64,000 nucleotides of DNA from Planctomycetota bacterium (GTDB lineage: Bacteria; Planctomycetota; UBA8108; SXIK01): NCBI GenBank assembly GCA_965223845.1, contig CBDCXR010000004.1, forward strand, positions 1,120,001 through 1,184,000, written 5' to 3'. A model generated the notes under the pieces. It made no database searches. It saw only the letters and a program-made list of their open reading frames with translations, and was not told the origin of the DNA. Numbering within the stretch: the first letter of the stretch is position 1; every line of letters starts with the position of its first letter. This document shows, piece by piece, positions 31,458 through 42,121 of this stretch. Position numbers and translations under genes: made by a program.

Positions 31458-32189
31458 ATGGGTAACGTGCTCACGATCTTCCGACGCGAGCTGTCCGCGT
31501 ACTTCACGTCGCCGATCGCGTACATCTTCGTGTTGGTGTTTCTCATCTTTTCATCCGCCCTGTTCTTCGTTTTCTTCTCGTACTTTCAGTCGCAAGACCC
31601 TTCACTTCGCCCCTACTTCTTGATCTTTCTCGGGACGTATCTGCTCCTCATCCCGCCGATCTCGATGCGACTCTGGAGTGAAGAAAAGAAGTCCGGCTCG
31701 ATCGAGCTGTTGATGACTCTGCCGTTTCGATCGGTCGAGGTCGTGATCGGAAAGTACTTGGGCGCCTTCTGCGTGATCTTGTTCACGCTCCTCCTGACGC
31801 TGGCCGTCCCATTGAGCGTGTCGACGGTGGTGTCCGGTCTGGACTGGGGCGTCATCTTTACGAGCTACTTCGGCGCCGTGCTGCTCGCGGCGGTGTATCT
31901 CGCCGTGGGAGCTTGTGCCTCAGCGTTTACGCAGAACCAAATCGTCGCGATGCTCGTTTCGTTCGTCTTTCTCGCGATTCTCGCGATTCTCGGTGCGCCG
32001 TGGGCGGTCCAGGCTCTTCGCCCGGTGATCGGAGAGCTCGCCGATACTCTCGCATGGTTTGGGTTTTACGAGCACTACGAGACCTTTGCGCGCGGGGTGA
32101 TCAATCCCGTCGATGTCGTCTACGCGTTCAGCCTGACGGCGTTCTTTTTGATTCTCAATAACTTCGCCGTCGAGCAGCGAAAGTACTGA
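31458..32189 (+). CDS. ABC-2 permease (GldF-like)
   Basis: RRELSAYFTSPIAY, MRLWSEEKKSGSIELLMTLP, TQNQIVA; about six TM helices. Confidence 0.9.
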   Translation: MGNVLTIFRRELSAYFTSPIAYIFVLVFLIFSSALFFVFFSYFQSQDPSLRPYFLIFLGTYLLLIPPISMRLWSEEKKSGSIELLMTLPFRSVEVVIGKYLGAFCVILFTLLLTLAVPLSVSTVVSGLDWGVIFTSYFGAVLLAAVYLAVGACASAFTQNQIVAMLVSFVFLAILAILGAPWAVQALRPVIGELADTLAWFGFYEHYETFARGVINPVDVVYAFSLTAFFLILNNFAVEQRKY

Positions 32190-32255
32190 CGTTCCGCCTT
32201 CGGTTCGGGGTAAGCCGACCTGGCCCAATCGAATTGCGATTCACGGGAGACTGAG

Positions 32256-34640
32256 ATGGCGGACAGCCAACAATTCCGCAAAAAGTTCTACACTTCGAGC
32301 ATCGTATTCCTGGCGATCTGTTTGGCGATCGTCGTGTTCGTATACGCACTCTCCGATCCTCTGAGTAGCGGCAAGCTGGACTTGACCGCGGACGGAATCT
32401 ATACGGTTTCCGAGTCGACGGAAGAGATCATCGAGGGGCTGGTCGACAAGGTCGTCGTCGACTACTACGTCAGTCAGAAGGACCTCCCGGGGTTCATCGA
32501 GAGAATCCTTCGCGATACCCGCGACATGTTCGAGGAGTTTCGGGAGCTCTCGGGCGGAAAGTTCGAATATCACATCGTCGATCCGAATGAGCTCGCGACG
32601 GAAGAGGCTCAGAAGAAGGTTCAGGAGTACTACGCCGCGAAGGAGGCCGGAGAAGATCCGGAGGAGCCGGAGCCGGTCCAGTCCATCCAAGACATCTTCA
32701 GCGGACGCCCGGCTCCCAAAGGGGAAGAGATCCGCGCCGAGCGTCAGAAGCGGGCGGCCGAGTTCGCCGCCCAGCAGGGGCGTGACAAGGACGAGATTTT
32801 TCGCGAGCTACTCGCCGAAGAGTTCGAGCGTCAATTCAAGGACAAGCTCGAACAGGACGGGATCGGTGCGTTCCCGGTCCAGGAGCGAGAGGCAGCGAGT
32901 GTTCGGCAGCTGCGCGTCTACAGCGCGATCAAGATCTCGTATCTCGACAAGCAGCCGGAAGTGATTCCGGTCCACTATCAGATCGAGAACTTGGAATACG
33001 AGCTGATGAGTCGAATTCTCAAGCTCACGGCCGACAACAAACCCGTCGTGGCGGTGTTCGACGCGCGAAAGCCGGAAGCGCCGCCGTTCGATCCGCGCAA
33101 TCCGATGTCGCAGCGGCCACCGCAGTCGGACTATGACGGCATCATCGGAGCGCTTCAGGACTTGTTTGACATCCGAAGCATCGCGCTCGAAGAGGGCGAC
33201 TCCATCGACGATCTCGTCGCGACCCTGAAGGAGGAGAAGTGGGAGCGCGAGAATCCGGATGCGAGCGAGGAAGAGAAGAGCGAGAAGCTCGACAAGACGG
33301 TCCGCCCGGAGGACCTGAAGCTCGTCGAAGCGCTCGTGATCGCGCAGCCGGATGCCCTCGAGGCGCGTCAGGTGTACGAGATCAACCGCGCCGTTTCGCT
33401 CGGCGTCGATTCGATTTTCCTCGTATCCCGCCACTCGCTCGACGCGTCGCAGCAGGGCATGCAGCAGGGATTCCCGATCGCAACCCTCTCCCCGGGAGCC
33501 GCATTCGAAGACATGCTCAAGGAGTGGGGGGTCGAGATTCCCGGTGAGCTCGTCGCTTCGAACGATTGCGGAATCGTGACAGTGTTTCGGCGGATGGGAC
33601 CGCTCCAGATCCCGCAGCCGACTCCGGTAGCCATCTGCGTCGCGTCGACTCGCGCGCAACTGAGCGACGAATCGGCTCTCACGAGTCGCTTGAGCCACAT
33701 CATCTTTCCGGCGTCTACCGGTCTAAAGGTCGTCACCGGCACGCTCGAGAAGGCCGGTCTCCAGCACGAAGTGCTGGCCAAGTCGTCCGAGAAATCCTGG
33801 CGCGTGAAGATCGACCCGTTTCGAAATATGAACAATCCGCTCGCCCGCGGCCAGGGAGTGACGCTCGCGCAGTATCAGGATGATCTCGTGCAGCCGAAGG
33901 ACGAAAACTATCTGAGTTACGTTGATTCCCCGGTGCCCCTCGGCGTGTTTCTCACCGGCAAGTTCCCCTTCAAGTTCCAGGGAGAGCCGATTCCGGAATG
34001 GGAGAAGAAACCGGAGACGGACGATTCCTCGCCCTCTCTCCCCGGTGGGCTGCCCTTGGGTCACCCGCCAACTGGAGACGGAGACCGCGTCGAGAACGCG
34101 AGCGATCCTGAGCTCGTCGCGATGGCGCAGGAGGGCGACGCGGAGTCGAGCACGGATGGCGACGCTCCGAAGCCAGCGCCGGTCGGAGGCGCAGAGACGT
34201 CGGCCCAAGACTCGACTCCGGCCCCGGAGTCGACCCCAGAGGCAGTCCCCGCGCCGGAGTCGGAACCGCCGCCGCCTCCGGCACCGACCGCGAGTCTCTC
34301 GCCCGTCGATGGCCGAGTCCTCGTTCTCGCCTCCGCCGACATGATGAAGACCAGTTTTCTCAGTCAGGGCCGCGGCGAGTATCAGCCGAACGTGAACTTT
34401 TTCTACAACGCGGTGGAGCAGCTCGCGCTCGACAACAAGCTGATGAACATTCGGAGCAAGCAGCTCACCGTGCGGGAGTTCAAGCCCGGAAGCGAGAAGC
34501 ACTACAAGTACATCCTCTGGCTCAACATCGTGATCGTCCCGTTCGTCGTCGGCGTCGTCGGAGCGTGCATCCTCGGACACCGCCGACGGCAGTCCGTCGC
34601 CTATGAGCGAGACTATCTCGCGAAGCACAGCGGACGCTGA
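32256..34640 (+). CDS. GldG-like ABC auxiliary protein
   Basis: N-terminal TM then DLTADGIYTVSEST; VDPN; ENLEYEL; NVNFFYNAVE...LMNIRSK; C-terminal TM. Confidence 0.85.
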   Translation: MADSQQFRKKFYTSSIVFLAICLAIVVFVYALSDPLSSGKLDLTADGIYTVSESTEEIIEGLVDKVVVDYYVSQKDLPGFIERILRDTRDMFEEFRELSGGKFEYHIVDPNELATEEAQKKVQEYYAAKEAGEDPEEPEPVQSIQDIFSGRPAPKGEEIRAERQKRAAEFAAQQGRDKDEIFRELLAEEFERQFKDKLEQDGIGAFPVQEREAASVRQLRVYSAIKISYLDKQPEVIPVHYQIENLEYELMSRILKLTADNKPVVAVFDARKPEAPPFDPRNPMSQRPPQSDYDGIIGALQDLFDIRSIALEEGDSIDDLVATLKEEKWERENPDASEEEKSEKLDKTVRPEDLKLVEALVIAQPDALEARQVYEINRAVSLGVDSIFLVSRHSLDASQQGMQQGFPIATLSPGAAFEDMLKEWGVEIPGELVASNDCGIVTVFRRMGPLQIPQPTPVAICVASTRAQLSDESALTSRLSHIIFPASTGLKVVTGTLEKAGLQHEVLAKSSEKSWRVKIDPFRNMNNPLARGQGVTLAQYQDDLVQPKDENYLSYVDSPVPLGVFLTGKFPFKFQGEPIPEWEKKPETDDSSPSLPGGLPLGHPPTGDGDRVENASDPELVAMAQEGDAESSTDGDAPKPAPVGGAETSAQDSTPAPESTPEAVPAPESEPPPPPAPTASLSPVDGRVLVLASADMMKTSFLSQGRGEYQPNVNFFYNAVEQLALDNKLMNIRSKQLTVREFKPGSEKHYKYILWLNIVIVPFVVGVVGACILGHRRRQSVAYERDYLAKHSGR

Positions 34641-34674
34641 GGTCGAGGCAAACGAGAGTCGAAGGCACAGAACA

Positions 34675-36321
34675 ATGAACAAACCAACCCTCATCGCCAT
34701 CGTCGTCCTCCTCATCCTCGGAGGCATCTGGCTCGTCGTCGACACCTCCCCGTACACGGGGAAAGACGAGGAGCTGTCCGACGCGTACGCCGAATTCATC
34801 GACGCGAATTTCAAGTCGACCGCGAAGATCGCCCTCGAAAAGGGGAGCGGGAAGGTCGAGCTCGTGAAGAAGGACGGGAGCTGGGTGGTCGCGACTTCCT
34901 ATGGCGCCCCCGCCGACACGGAGAAGATCGATAAGCTCATCGATTCTCTCGACGGCCTCGGCGCCGGTGAGGAGATCGGCTCTTCGGCCGCATCGCACGA
35001 GCGGTTCGAAGTCGGGCCGAAGAAGGGGGCGAAGATCACCGCCTACGACGCATCGGGCAACGCGCTCGGCTCGGCGATCGTCGGGAAGACCGCCCCGGGC
35101 GGAGGCGTCGGCACGACGCGGATCTTCATGCGCTTCGGGGACGGGGAGTCGACGTACAAGGTCGAAACGGACGTCCGCACGCAGGCGAGCCTCTGGGGCG
35201 ACGAGCTCGAGGGAAAGAACTATCTCGAGAAGGACGTCCTCAAGCTGAAGGAGTTCGGACCCAACAAGGTCGCGATGCAGGTTCAGTCCGTGCGCGTCAC
35301 GCGTCCGGACCAGGACGATCTCGTGATCGAGCGTCGATTTCGCGCGAAGCCGAAGCCCGAGGGCGAGGACGCCAAGGAAGGTGAAGCGGACGCGACTGAC
35401 CCCGGAAACGAGGACACAACTGAAGAAGAGTACTACGTCGTTACCGCCGGTACCGAGACGGCGGAGGTCGGCTCGTCCGAAGAGTGGCAGGCGCGCGGGA
35501 TCCTCGACCGGGCGAATACGATCTCTATCGACGACGTCGTCGAGCCGAAGGACCGCGCGGAATACGGACTCGACGCGCCGCAACTCACGGTCTCCCTCGA
35601 GTACCGCGAAGAGAGCGACAAGTCGGGCGAGGTCGCGGGGATGAAGCTTCTCTTCGGGAACGCGACGAAGGACGACAAGGGCGAAGACGACGGGTACTAC
35701 TTCGTCCTCGACGCTCCGGGTTTCAGCGATCGGATCTACAAGCTCGGGAAGTATCGGTTCGACGGTTGGAACAAGCAGATGTCCGATTTCCTCCCGAAAA
35801 AAGAGGAGGAAACTGAAGACGTCGAGCCGGGTACGGACGGCGACGCGCACGCTGCGCCGCACGATCATGATCACGATCACGGTGCGGCGGGCGAAGCGCC
35901 AACGGGCAGCGAAGACCCGGCGCTCGTGGCGGCCGCGAATCACGCGGCGAAGATTCTCGGCGAATCCGCCAAGGATCTCATCGCCGCGGCGAAGAAGTGG
36001 CACGCGAAGCTTTCGAAGTACGACGAGCGCATCACTCCGGCGAAGCTCCTCCTCAAGGTCACGCCGTCCGAAGGACCGCTGAAGCTCGACTTCGAGACGC
36101 AGATGGAGGCGCTCGAGCAGATCCTCGACAGCAAGGTGCCTTGGGACGATCCCGAGCCGCTCAAGGTCGAGACGCCGCCGATCGACGCGCCGCCGACGAT
36201 CGAGACGCCGACCGTCGAGCCGCCGTCCGGTGACGGCGCGAGCGCGGGCGAGAATCCGGCACCAGCGCCGATCGAGGCTCCGAGTTCCGACCCGGCGCCG
36301 ACTCCACCGCCGGCTGAGTGA
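34675..36321 (+). CDS. DUF4340-like protein with His-rich and Pro-rich C-terminal extension
   Basis: N-terminal anchor; KVELVKKDGSWVV...PADTEKI and EYGLDAPQLTV motifs; follows the gldG-like gene. Confidence 0.75.
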   Translation: MNKPTLIAIVVLLILGGIWLVVDTSPYTGKDEELSDAYAEFIDANFKSTAKIALEKGSGKVELVKKDGSWVVATSYGAPADTEKIDKLIDSLDGLGAGEEIGSSAASHERFEVGPKKGAKITAYDASGNALGSAIVGKTAPGGGVGTTRIFMRFGDGESTYKVETDVRTQASLWGDELEGKNYLEKDVLKLKEFGPNKVAMQVQSVRVTRPDQDDLVIERRFRAKPKPEGEDAKEGEADATDPGNEDTTEEEYYVVTAGTETAEVGSSEEWQARGILDRANTISIDDVVEPKDRAEYGLDAPQLTVSLEYREESDKSGEVAGMKLLFGNATKDDKGEDDGYYFVLDAPGFSDRIYKLGKYRFDGWNKQMSDFLPKKEEETEDVEPGTDGDAHAAPHDHDHDHGAAGEAPTGSEDPALVAAANHAAKILGESAKDLIAAAKKWHAKLSKYDERITPAKLLLKVTPSEGPLKLDFETQMEALEQILDSKVPWDDPEPLKVETPPIDAPPTIETPTVEPPSGDGASAGENPAPAPIEAPSSDPAPTPPPAE

Positions 36322-36328
36322 GTGCGAT

Positions 36329-36373
36329 CTTCACCCGGCTGCCGCCGAACGCTCGTGCGGCAGCCGGGTGAAG
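36329..36373. terminator. Perfect 17-bp inverted repeat between convergent genes
   Basis: CTTCACCCGGCTGCCGC, 11-nt loop, GCGGCAGCCGGGTGAAG; no U-tract. Confidence 0.6.
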
Positions 36374-36385
36374 CTACGTCCTGCG

Positions 36386-37922
36386 CTACTCTTCCTCGGG
36401 CGGAAGCACTTCGAAGAAGCTCATCATTCCGCTCGCGGAATGCTCGAGGAGATGGCAGTGGACGACCCATCCGCCGGAGGTCGTCGACGTCGGCTCCTTG
36501 CCGAAGCCGGTGACCTGCCCTTCGCGTCCGCGATCGTCGAAGCGAACCGCGGCGCGGAGGATCGTTCGTGTCGACCCGAACGCACCAGGACGCGAGGGGA
36601 GCGCGATCGTGTCCTTGTCCTCGAGGAACTCGAACGGGACGACGGTGTTCCCATTCACGTCGTCGTGAAACTCGATCTCGATCGGCTGAAACGTGAACCC
36701 GTGGGGATCGGGGGGCGTGTGTCCGAATCTGAGGACGATCTTGTCGTCTGCGGTCAGGCCGGACGTGTCGATCTTTTCGATATCGCGCAGCTCGGCGGGA
36801 GGCGTCCACTCGCCGGGTCCCCGGCCGAATAGGCGAAACGTCATGAGCGGGCGAGGCGGCGCCTTGCCGTCGTGGTGGTCGTGACCGACTTTGACCATTC
36901 CGTCCTCGAGGAAGGGAACGTGCCGGCCGCGTCTCATGTCGTGCCACTCGAGGGTGAGCGTGCGACCACCGGTGGGGACGAATACGACGTCGGCGCGCTC
37001 TCCGGGAGTGAGCAAGACTCCCTTCGTGAGGTCGGGGTCCGAAATCGTCTCCGCCATTCCGTGCGCATCGGGCACTTGCTCGATCGGCTCCACCGCAATC
37101 GGCGCTTCGAGGAGCCCTCCGTCACCTCCGATGCGATGGAGCGTGTGACCGGGAATCGACACCCGCATAAACGTCGTGTTCGCCGTATTCACGAGCCGGA
37201 GACGGTGGGGGACGCCGCGGCGAATTCTCCCCGTGGGATGAACGCGGCCGTTGACGAGGAGATAGTTGCCGACGCGGCCGTCGAGGTGCGTGTCGGCGTT
37301 CGCGACGGGATCGTCGAGAGGGAACGGTTCTTCGACTTGCCCGTCCTCGTCGAGTAGCACGTCGTCGAGCATGAGGATGTGCTCGCGCGTCGGAAGAGCG
37401 AGTCGCTCGTTCTCGTTCGCGGTCGTGGACGATGAGCGCGCCGTAGAGGCCTCGCTCGACCTGAGCGTTCGTCTGACGGTGAGGGTGATACCAGTAGAGG
37501 GCGGAACGGATGAGCGGAAACTCGTAGCGAAAGTAACCGAACGGGGGAACGGGAGGCTGAGAGATGTTGCTCCCGTCCATCGTGGCAACGTTCTCGATTC
37601 CGTGCCAGTGAATGGTGGACTCGTCGGGGAGCAGATTGAAGAAGTGAACGATCAGGGTGTCTCCCACGTTCGCTTCGTGCGTCGGTCCCGGGGTTCCGTG
37701 GTTGAACACCCAGAGACGACTCTTCATTCCTGTCCCGAGATCGATCGATTTCTCGTGAGCGAAGAGGACGACCTCGAGCACGTTCGGGTCCGGATTGAGA
37801 TCGACGGCCCTCCGCGGGGCGATCGTCCGATTCCATGAAGCGTGAGAGTGGTCCCCGCCTCGTGCCTGCGCTTGGTCACAACAAAGAACGAGAAGAACGG
37901 CGCATGCAAGAGCGCGGATCAT
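36386..37922 (-). pseudogene. Multicopper oxidase, frameshifted and apparently internally deleted
   Basis: Signal peptide from ATG 37922 with HWHG and YWYHPH in one frame; HCHLLEHSASGMM in another; frame switch near 37420; HxxHxH copper motif absent. Confidence 0.8.
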
Positions 37923-38224
37923 GAGCTTACCCCTTCGTACATGTATGGGAACGCGAAGACCGGCGAGCAGAATTGTAACGAACGGAGGGTGGAGTCGCGC
38001 AGAGACCGGCAGCAAGCGGCGAGCCAGTTTCGACGTGGATGAAGGACCTGTCGCGAACATCTGCCATGAAGCGCGGGGCGCTTTTGTAGGCCCGACCGCC
38101 GGCACTCTTCGGTTGGAGAAGCGGCCTCGCGAGCCGGGAAGCGAGTGTTCGAGCGAGCGCGACGTTGACTTCTAGGTACGATCGGTGACGCTGACGTCAC
38201 GAAGAGTGGTTCAGTGGATTTGCG

Positions 38225-41200
38225 ATGAAGACACGTTCGAACCGATTGTGGCGGTCTCTCGTTCTCTCGCTGTCGCTCCCCGCGGCTGCGGCGGTGACCG
38301 CCGAGAAGCAGTTCTCCCTGGAGACGCAGGACGTCGTCGCGTTCACGGGCGGCACGAACATGGTTCGTCTCCAGCGGGCCGGGTACCTCGAGTCGATCCT
38401 CACGCGTGCGTTCGCGAGTGCTCGCCCTCGATTTCGCGATCTCGCCTGGGAGGCGGACACGGTGTTCCGCCAGGGCTCGGTGACCGAACGGTGGCGGCGC
38501 GACGGCTTCGGCGGGCGCGACGAGCAGTTCGAGCGCGTCGGCGCGACCGTGGTGATCGCGCAGTTCGGTCTTCTCGAATCCATGGCCGGGAAGAGCGGTC
38601 TCGACACCTTCGTGCGCGCGTACAACGATCTCATCGACAGCTATGAGAGGGCCGCGCGTTGCGTCGTTCTGCTTTCCCCGACACCGTTCGAGATGGCGCG
38701 CGGACGGGCGATCCCCGACGTGTCGAAACACAACGAGGATCTCGCGCTCTACGTCGAGGCCACGGCGGAGATCGCGTCGCGGCGGGAACTCGTCTTCGTC
38801 GATCTCTTTCGCGGCGGAACGGTGCACCGAACCGATCAGGGAATGCACATTCGCGACGAGGCGCAGCGAGCCCTGGCGTTCGAGATCGCGCGCGGGCTCG
38901 GAGTCAGGCTTCCCTCGGACGACGATCTCGAGTCGCTCCGAAGCGCCGTCATCGAAAAGCACCGCCTCTGGTATGACTACTGGCGTCCGGCGAACTGGAA
39001 GCTTCTCTACGGTGACGACTCCGCGCGGCAATTCACGAAAGGCGCCGTCCCGTTTCGCGAGGAGTGGAAGCGCTTGCTGCCCCTGATCGAGCGCGCCGAG
39101 GCGCGGGTGGCGACGATCGCGGCCGGTGGCGACGATCCCGGTCACTCTCGACCCGATCCGGAGGTGCTTCACGGAGATCCGCACGCCAAGATCGCGGACG
39201 AGCTCGCCGCGTTCGAGACGAGCGACGCTCTCCGCGTCAATCTCTTCGCGTCGGAGAAGGAAGGTCTCACCTCGCCGCTCGCACTGCGGTGGGACACCTC
39301 AGGTCGGGCGTACGTGGTGGTGACGACGACATACCCGCATGTCTTCCCGGGCGACGTTCCGAACGACAAGATCATCCTCCTCGAAGACACGGACGGCGAT
39401 GGCGCTGCCGACCGCTGGATCGTGTTCGCCGATGGACTGAATATCCCGACGGGACTCGAGCTGGGAAGCGGCGGCGTCTACGTGGGGCAGAACACCGAGC
39501 TTCTGTTCCTCCGGGATCACGACGGGGATGGCCGAGCTGACGAGCGTCGCAGCGTTCTCGCTGGCCTCGGAAACGGCGACTCACACCAAACCGCGAACTC
39601 CTTCGTTTGGAGCCCCGGCGGAGAGCTCTACTTCGGCCAAGGCGACGGGATTGAATCGCGGGTGGAGACACCGTGGGGATCGAGCGATCTCTACCAGGCG
39701 GGCTTTTACCGCTTTCGTCCGCTTCGTCTTCAGCTCGATCCTCTTCTCGACGACTTCATGGGACCGGGGAATCCGTGGGGCGTCGCGTTCGACGAATGGG
39801 GACAGATCTTCAGCGTCGACGGTGCGGGCGGCGTGACGTTCCTCTCGCCGGGACAGATCCCGGCGAAGCACCGCCTGAAGCTCGGAACCATCGGAAAGCC
39901 CGGCGGGTACTGCGGCATCACTCGGGTCGATTCGACGCATCTCCCGGCGTCGATGCGCGGTGACTTCCTCGTCGGCGACTTCAAGGCGAATCGCGTGAGC
40001 CGGTTCTCTGTCCGGCCGCGCGGTTCCGGATTCGAGCTCGAATGGAAGAGGCCCGTCCTTCGCTCCGGGCACCGCAACTTCCGTCCCGTGGACGTTCGCG
40101 TCGGCCCCGACGGCGCGATCTACGTAGTCGATTGGTACAACCCCATCATTTGCCACCAAGACGACGCCTACCGCGATCCGGCGCGCGACAAGGCTCACGG
40201 GCGCATCTGGAGATTGTCCGCGGCCGCACCGGCGATCGAACCACCGGACTGGAAACGCGCGAAGCTCTCGTCCGTCGTCGACGGACTTCGTTCGCGCGAA
40301 GCGTGGACTCGCTACCAGGCGAAGCGTGAGCTCACGGCGCGCGATCCGGATGCGGTCGCGAGCGCACTCTCCCATTGGATCGCGGCCCTCGACCCCGCGG
40401 ACGATCAGCACGAGCGAGATCTCTACGAGGCGCTCGGTGCATTCGAGACGATCGAAGTCGTCGAGCCGAGACTGATCCGTCGACTGCTCGAAGCGAACGA
40501 GCCCAGCGCGCGTGCGTACGCGGCTCGCGTCGTCGGCCGGTGGCAGGATCGCTTGCGGTCGCCTCTTGCCCTTCTCTCGCCGCGAGTTGCCGACCCGCAT
40601 CCGCGAGTACGGCTCGAGGCCGTTCTCGCGTGCGCGGCGATTCCGTCGGCGGAGTCGATGCGCGTCGCTGCGCGGGCCGTCGATCTGCCGATGGACCGCT
40701 GGCTCGACTACGCCTTCACCCAGGCCGTCCACCATCTCGAGCCTTACTGGCTGCAGTCGTTTCGACGAGGCGAGCTCGAGTTCGAAGAGGCGACCCACCT
40801 CGCCGCCGTGCTCCGTCGAACTCGCGGAAAGAATCTACAGAAGAGCCTAACCGAGCTCGCCGACGCGACCGATGTCAGCGCGCAAGCTCGCCGGGCGGCG
40901 GTGGCGGCGATCATCGCGATCGGCGGACCGAATGAACTGCGCGAGTACGGACTCGATCCCGAACGATTCACGCGCTCGGGGATCTACGACGCCGACGCGC
41001 ACGCCGAAGCCCTCGTGGAAGTGCTTCGCACCGCGAGGGAGCGACGTGTTCGGCCGAGCGAAGATGTGTCCTCGCTGCTGAGGCGACTGATCGAATCGCC
41101 GCACGCCGGTGTCCAGGCCGGCGCCATCTCACTCGCCGGTGAGTGGCGGACCGAAGCCGTTCAACGAGAAGTCGAGGCGGTCGCGAAGGACGCGACGTCG

Positions 41201-42121
41201 AGCTTGTCCGTGCGCCGCGCGAGCTTTCTCGCCCTGGCGCGAATGGGAGATCGCCGGTATCTAACTCTGCTCGAGGAATTCGCGGCGCCGCCGAGCTCGG
41301 CCATCGTGCGCGCCGCCGCAGTCGAGGCTCTCTGTCTCGTCGACGTCACCCGCGCAGCGAAGAGCGCCGCGATGCTCTTCGCGGAGGCTGACGCGTCGTC
41401 GATTGACTCAGCCGAACTGATGCGTGCGTTCCTGTCGCGGAAGCACGGCGGATCGGCGCTCGCCGACGCGCTGCTCGAGAACAAGCTCCCGAGGAAGTCC
41501 TCGGCTCGTCTCCTCCAGACGTTCTACGAACTCGGACGAACCGACGCTCCGCTCATCGCGGCTCTCCGGCGCCTCGCCGAGGTGACGGGCGACGTGCCGT
41601 CCTACAGCGAGCGCTTCGTCTCGAGCTTGGTCTCGGCGGCGATGGAGAAAGGCAGCGCTTCGCGTGGAGTCCGCCTGAGCGCACCGTGTCTCGCCTGTCA
41701 CCGAATCGGGGACGCGGGATCGATCATCGGTCCGGAGTTGACGACGCTCGGAACGACGCTCTCGCCCGAGCGAATCACCGAAGAGCTACTTTGGCCGAGC
41801 CGGCAGGTGAAAGAAGGCTACACCCTCGTGCAGGTCCTCACGACGGAAGGCGACGTGATCGAGGGGTACGAACGGCGGACGAAGGCGAGTGAACAATCTG
41901 GTGATCTCATCCTCCGCGAGCTCGCGACCGAATCATTGATTCGCGTTCGTCGAGACGAGGTCGAGCTCGCGTCGGAGCTCGGGAGCGCCATGCCACCCGG
42001 GCTGACGGCAGCTCTGACTCGTGAGGAGCTCCTCGACCTGATTCGCTACCTCTCCGAGCTCGGACGTAGCCCTCTACTCGACGATCGAAAGGAGAACTCC
42101 CGTGCGCGGAGCGATGATTAA
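38225..42121 (+). CDS. PVC-type heme-binding CxxCH protein (SGNH-like, beta-propeller dehydrogenase-like, HEAT, cytochrome c)
   Basis: LEDTDGDGAAD, FRPVDVRVGPDGAIYVVDWYN, HGRIWR, HEAT repeats, CLACH, IGPELT, SAMPPGL. Confidence 0.88.
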   Translation: MKTRSNRLWRSLVLSLSLPAAAAVTAEKQFSLETQDVVAFTGGTNMVRLQRAGYLESILTRAFASARPRFRDLAWEADTVFRQGSVTERWRRDGFGGRDEQFERVGATVVIAQFGLLESMAGKSGLDTFVRAYNDLIDSYERAARCVVLLSPTPFEMARGRAIPDVSKHNEDLALYVEATAEIASRRELVFVDLFRGGTVHRTDQGMHIRDEAQRALAFEIARGLGVRLPSDDDLESLRSAVIEKHRLWYDYWRPANWKLLYGDDSARQFTKGAVPFREEWKRLLPLIERAEARVATIAAGGDDPGHSRPDPEVLHGDPHAKIADELAAFETSDALRVNLFASEKEGLTSPLALRWDTSGRAYVVVTTTYPHVFPGDVPNDKIILLEDTDGDGAADRWIVFADGLNIPTGLELGSGGVYVGQNTELLFLRDHDGDGRADERRSVLAGLGNGDSHQTANSFVWSPGGELYFGQGDGIESRVETPWGSSDLYQAGFYRFRPLRLQLDPLLDDFMGPGNPWGVAFDEWGQIFSVDGAGGVTFLSPGQIPAKHRLKLGTIGKPGGYCGITRVDSTHLPASMRGDFLVGDFKANRVSRFSVRPRGSGFELEWKRPVLRSGHRNFRPVDVRVGPDGAIYVVDWYNPIICHQDDAYRDPARDKAHGRIWRLSAAAPAIEPPDWKRAKLSSVVDGLRSREAWTRYQAKRELTARDPDAVASALSHWIAALDPADDQHERDLYEALGAFETIEVVEPRLIRRLLEANEPSARAYAARVVGRWQDRLRSPLALLSPRVADPHPRVRLEAVLACAAIPSAESMRVAARAVDLPMDRWLDYAFTQAVHHLEPYWLQSFRRGELEFEEATHLAAVLRRTRGKNLQKSLTELADATDVSAQARRAAVAAIIAIGGPNELREYGLDPERFTRSGIYDADAHAEALVEVLRTARERRVRPSEDVSSLLRRLIESPHAGVQAGAISLAGEWRTEAVQREVEAVAKDATSSLSVRRASFLALARMGDRRYLTLLEEFAAPPSSAIVRAAAVEALCLVDVTRAAKSAAMLFAEADASSIDSAELMRAFLSRKHGGSALADALLENKLPRKSSARLLQTFYELGRTDAPLIAALRRLAEVTGDVPSYSERFVSSLVSAAMEKGSASRGVRLSAPCLACHRIGDAGSIIGPELTTLGTTLSPERITEELLWPSRQVKEGYTLVQVLTTEGDVIEGYERRTKASEQSGDLILRELATESLIRVRRDEVELASELGSAMPPGLTAALTREELLDLIRYLSELGRSPLLDDRKENSRARSDD

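Noticed and set aside
37410-37430. Programmed frameshift in the multicopper oxidase
   Set aside because: No slippery heptamer or homopolymer; a second lesion points to decay or assembly error
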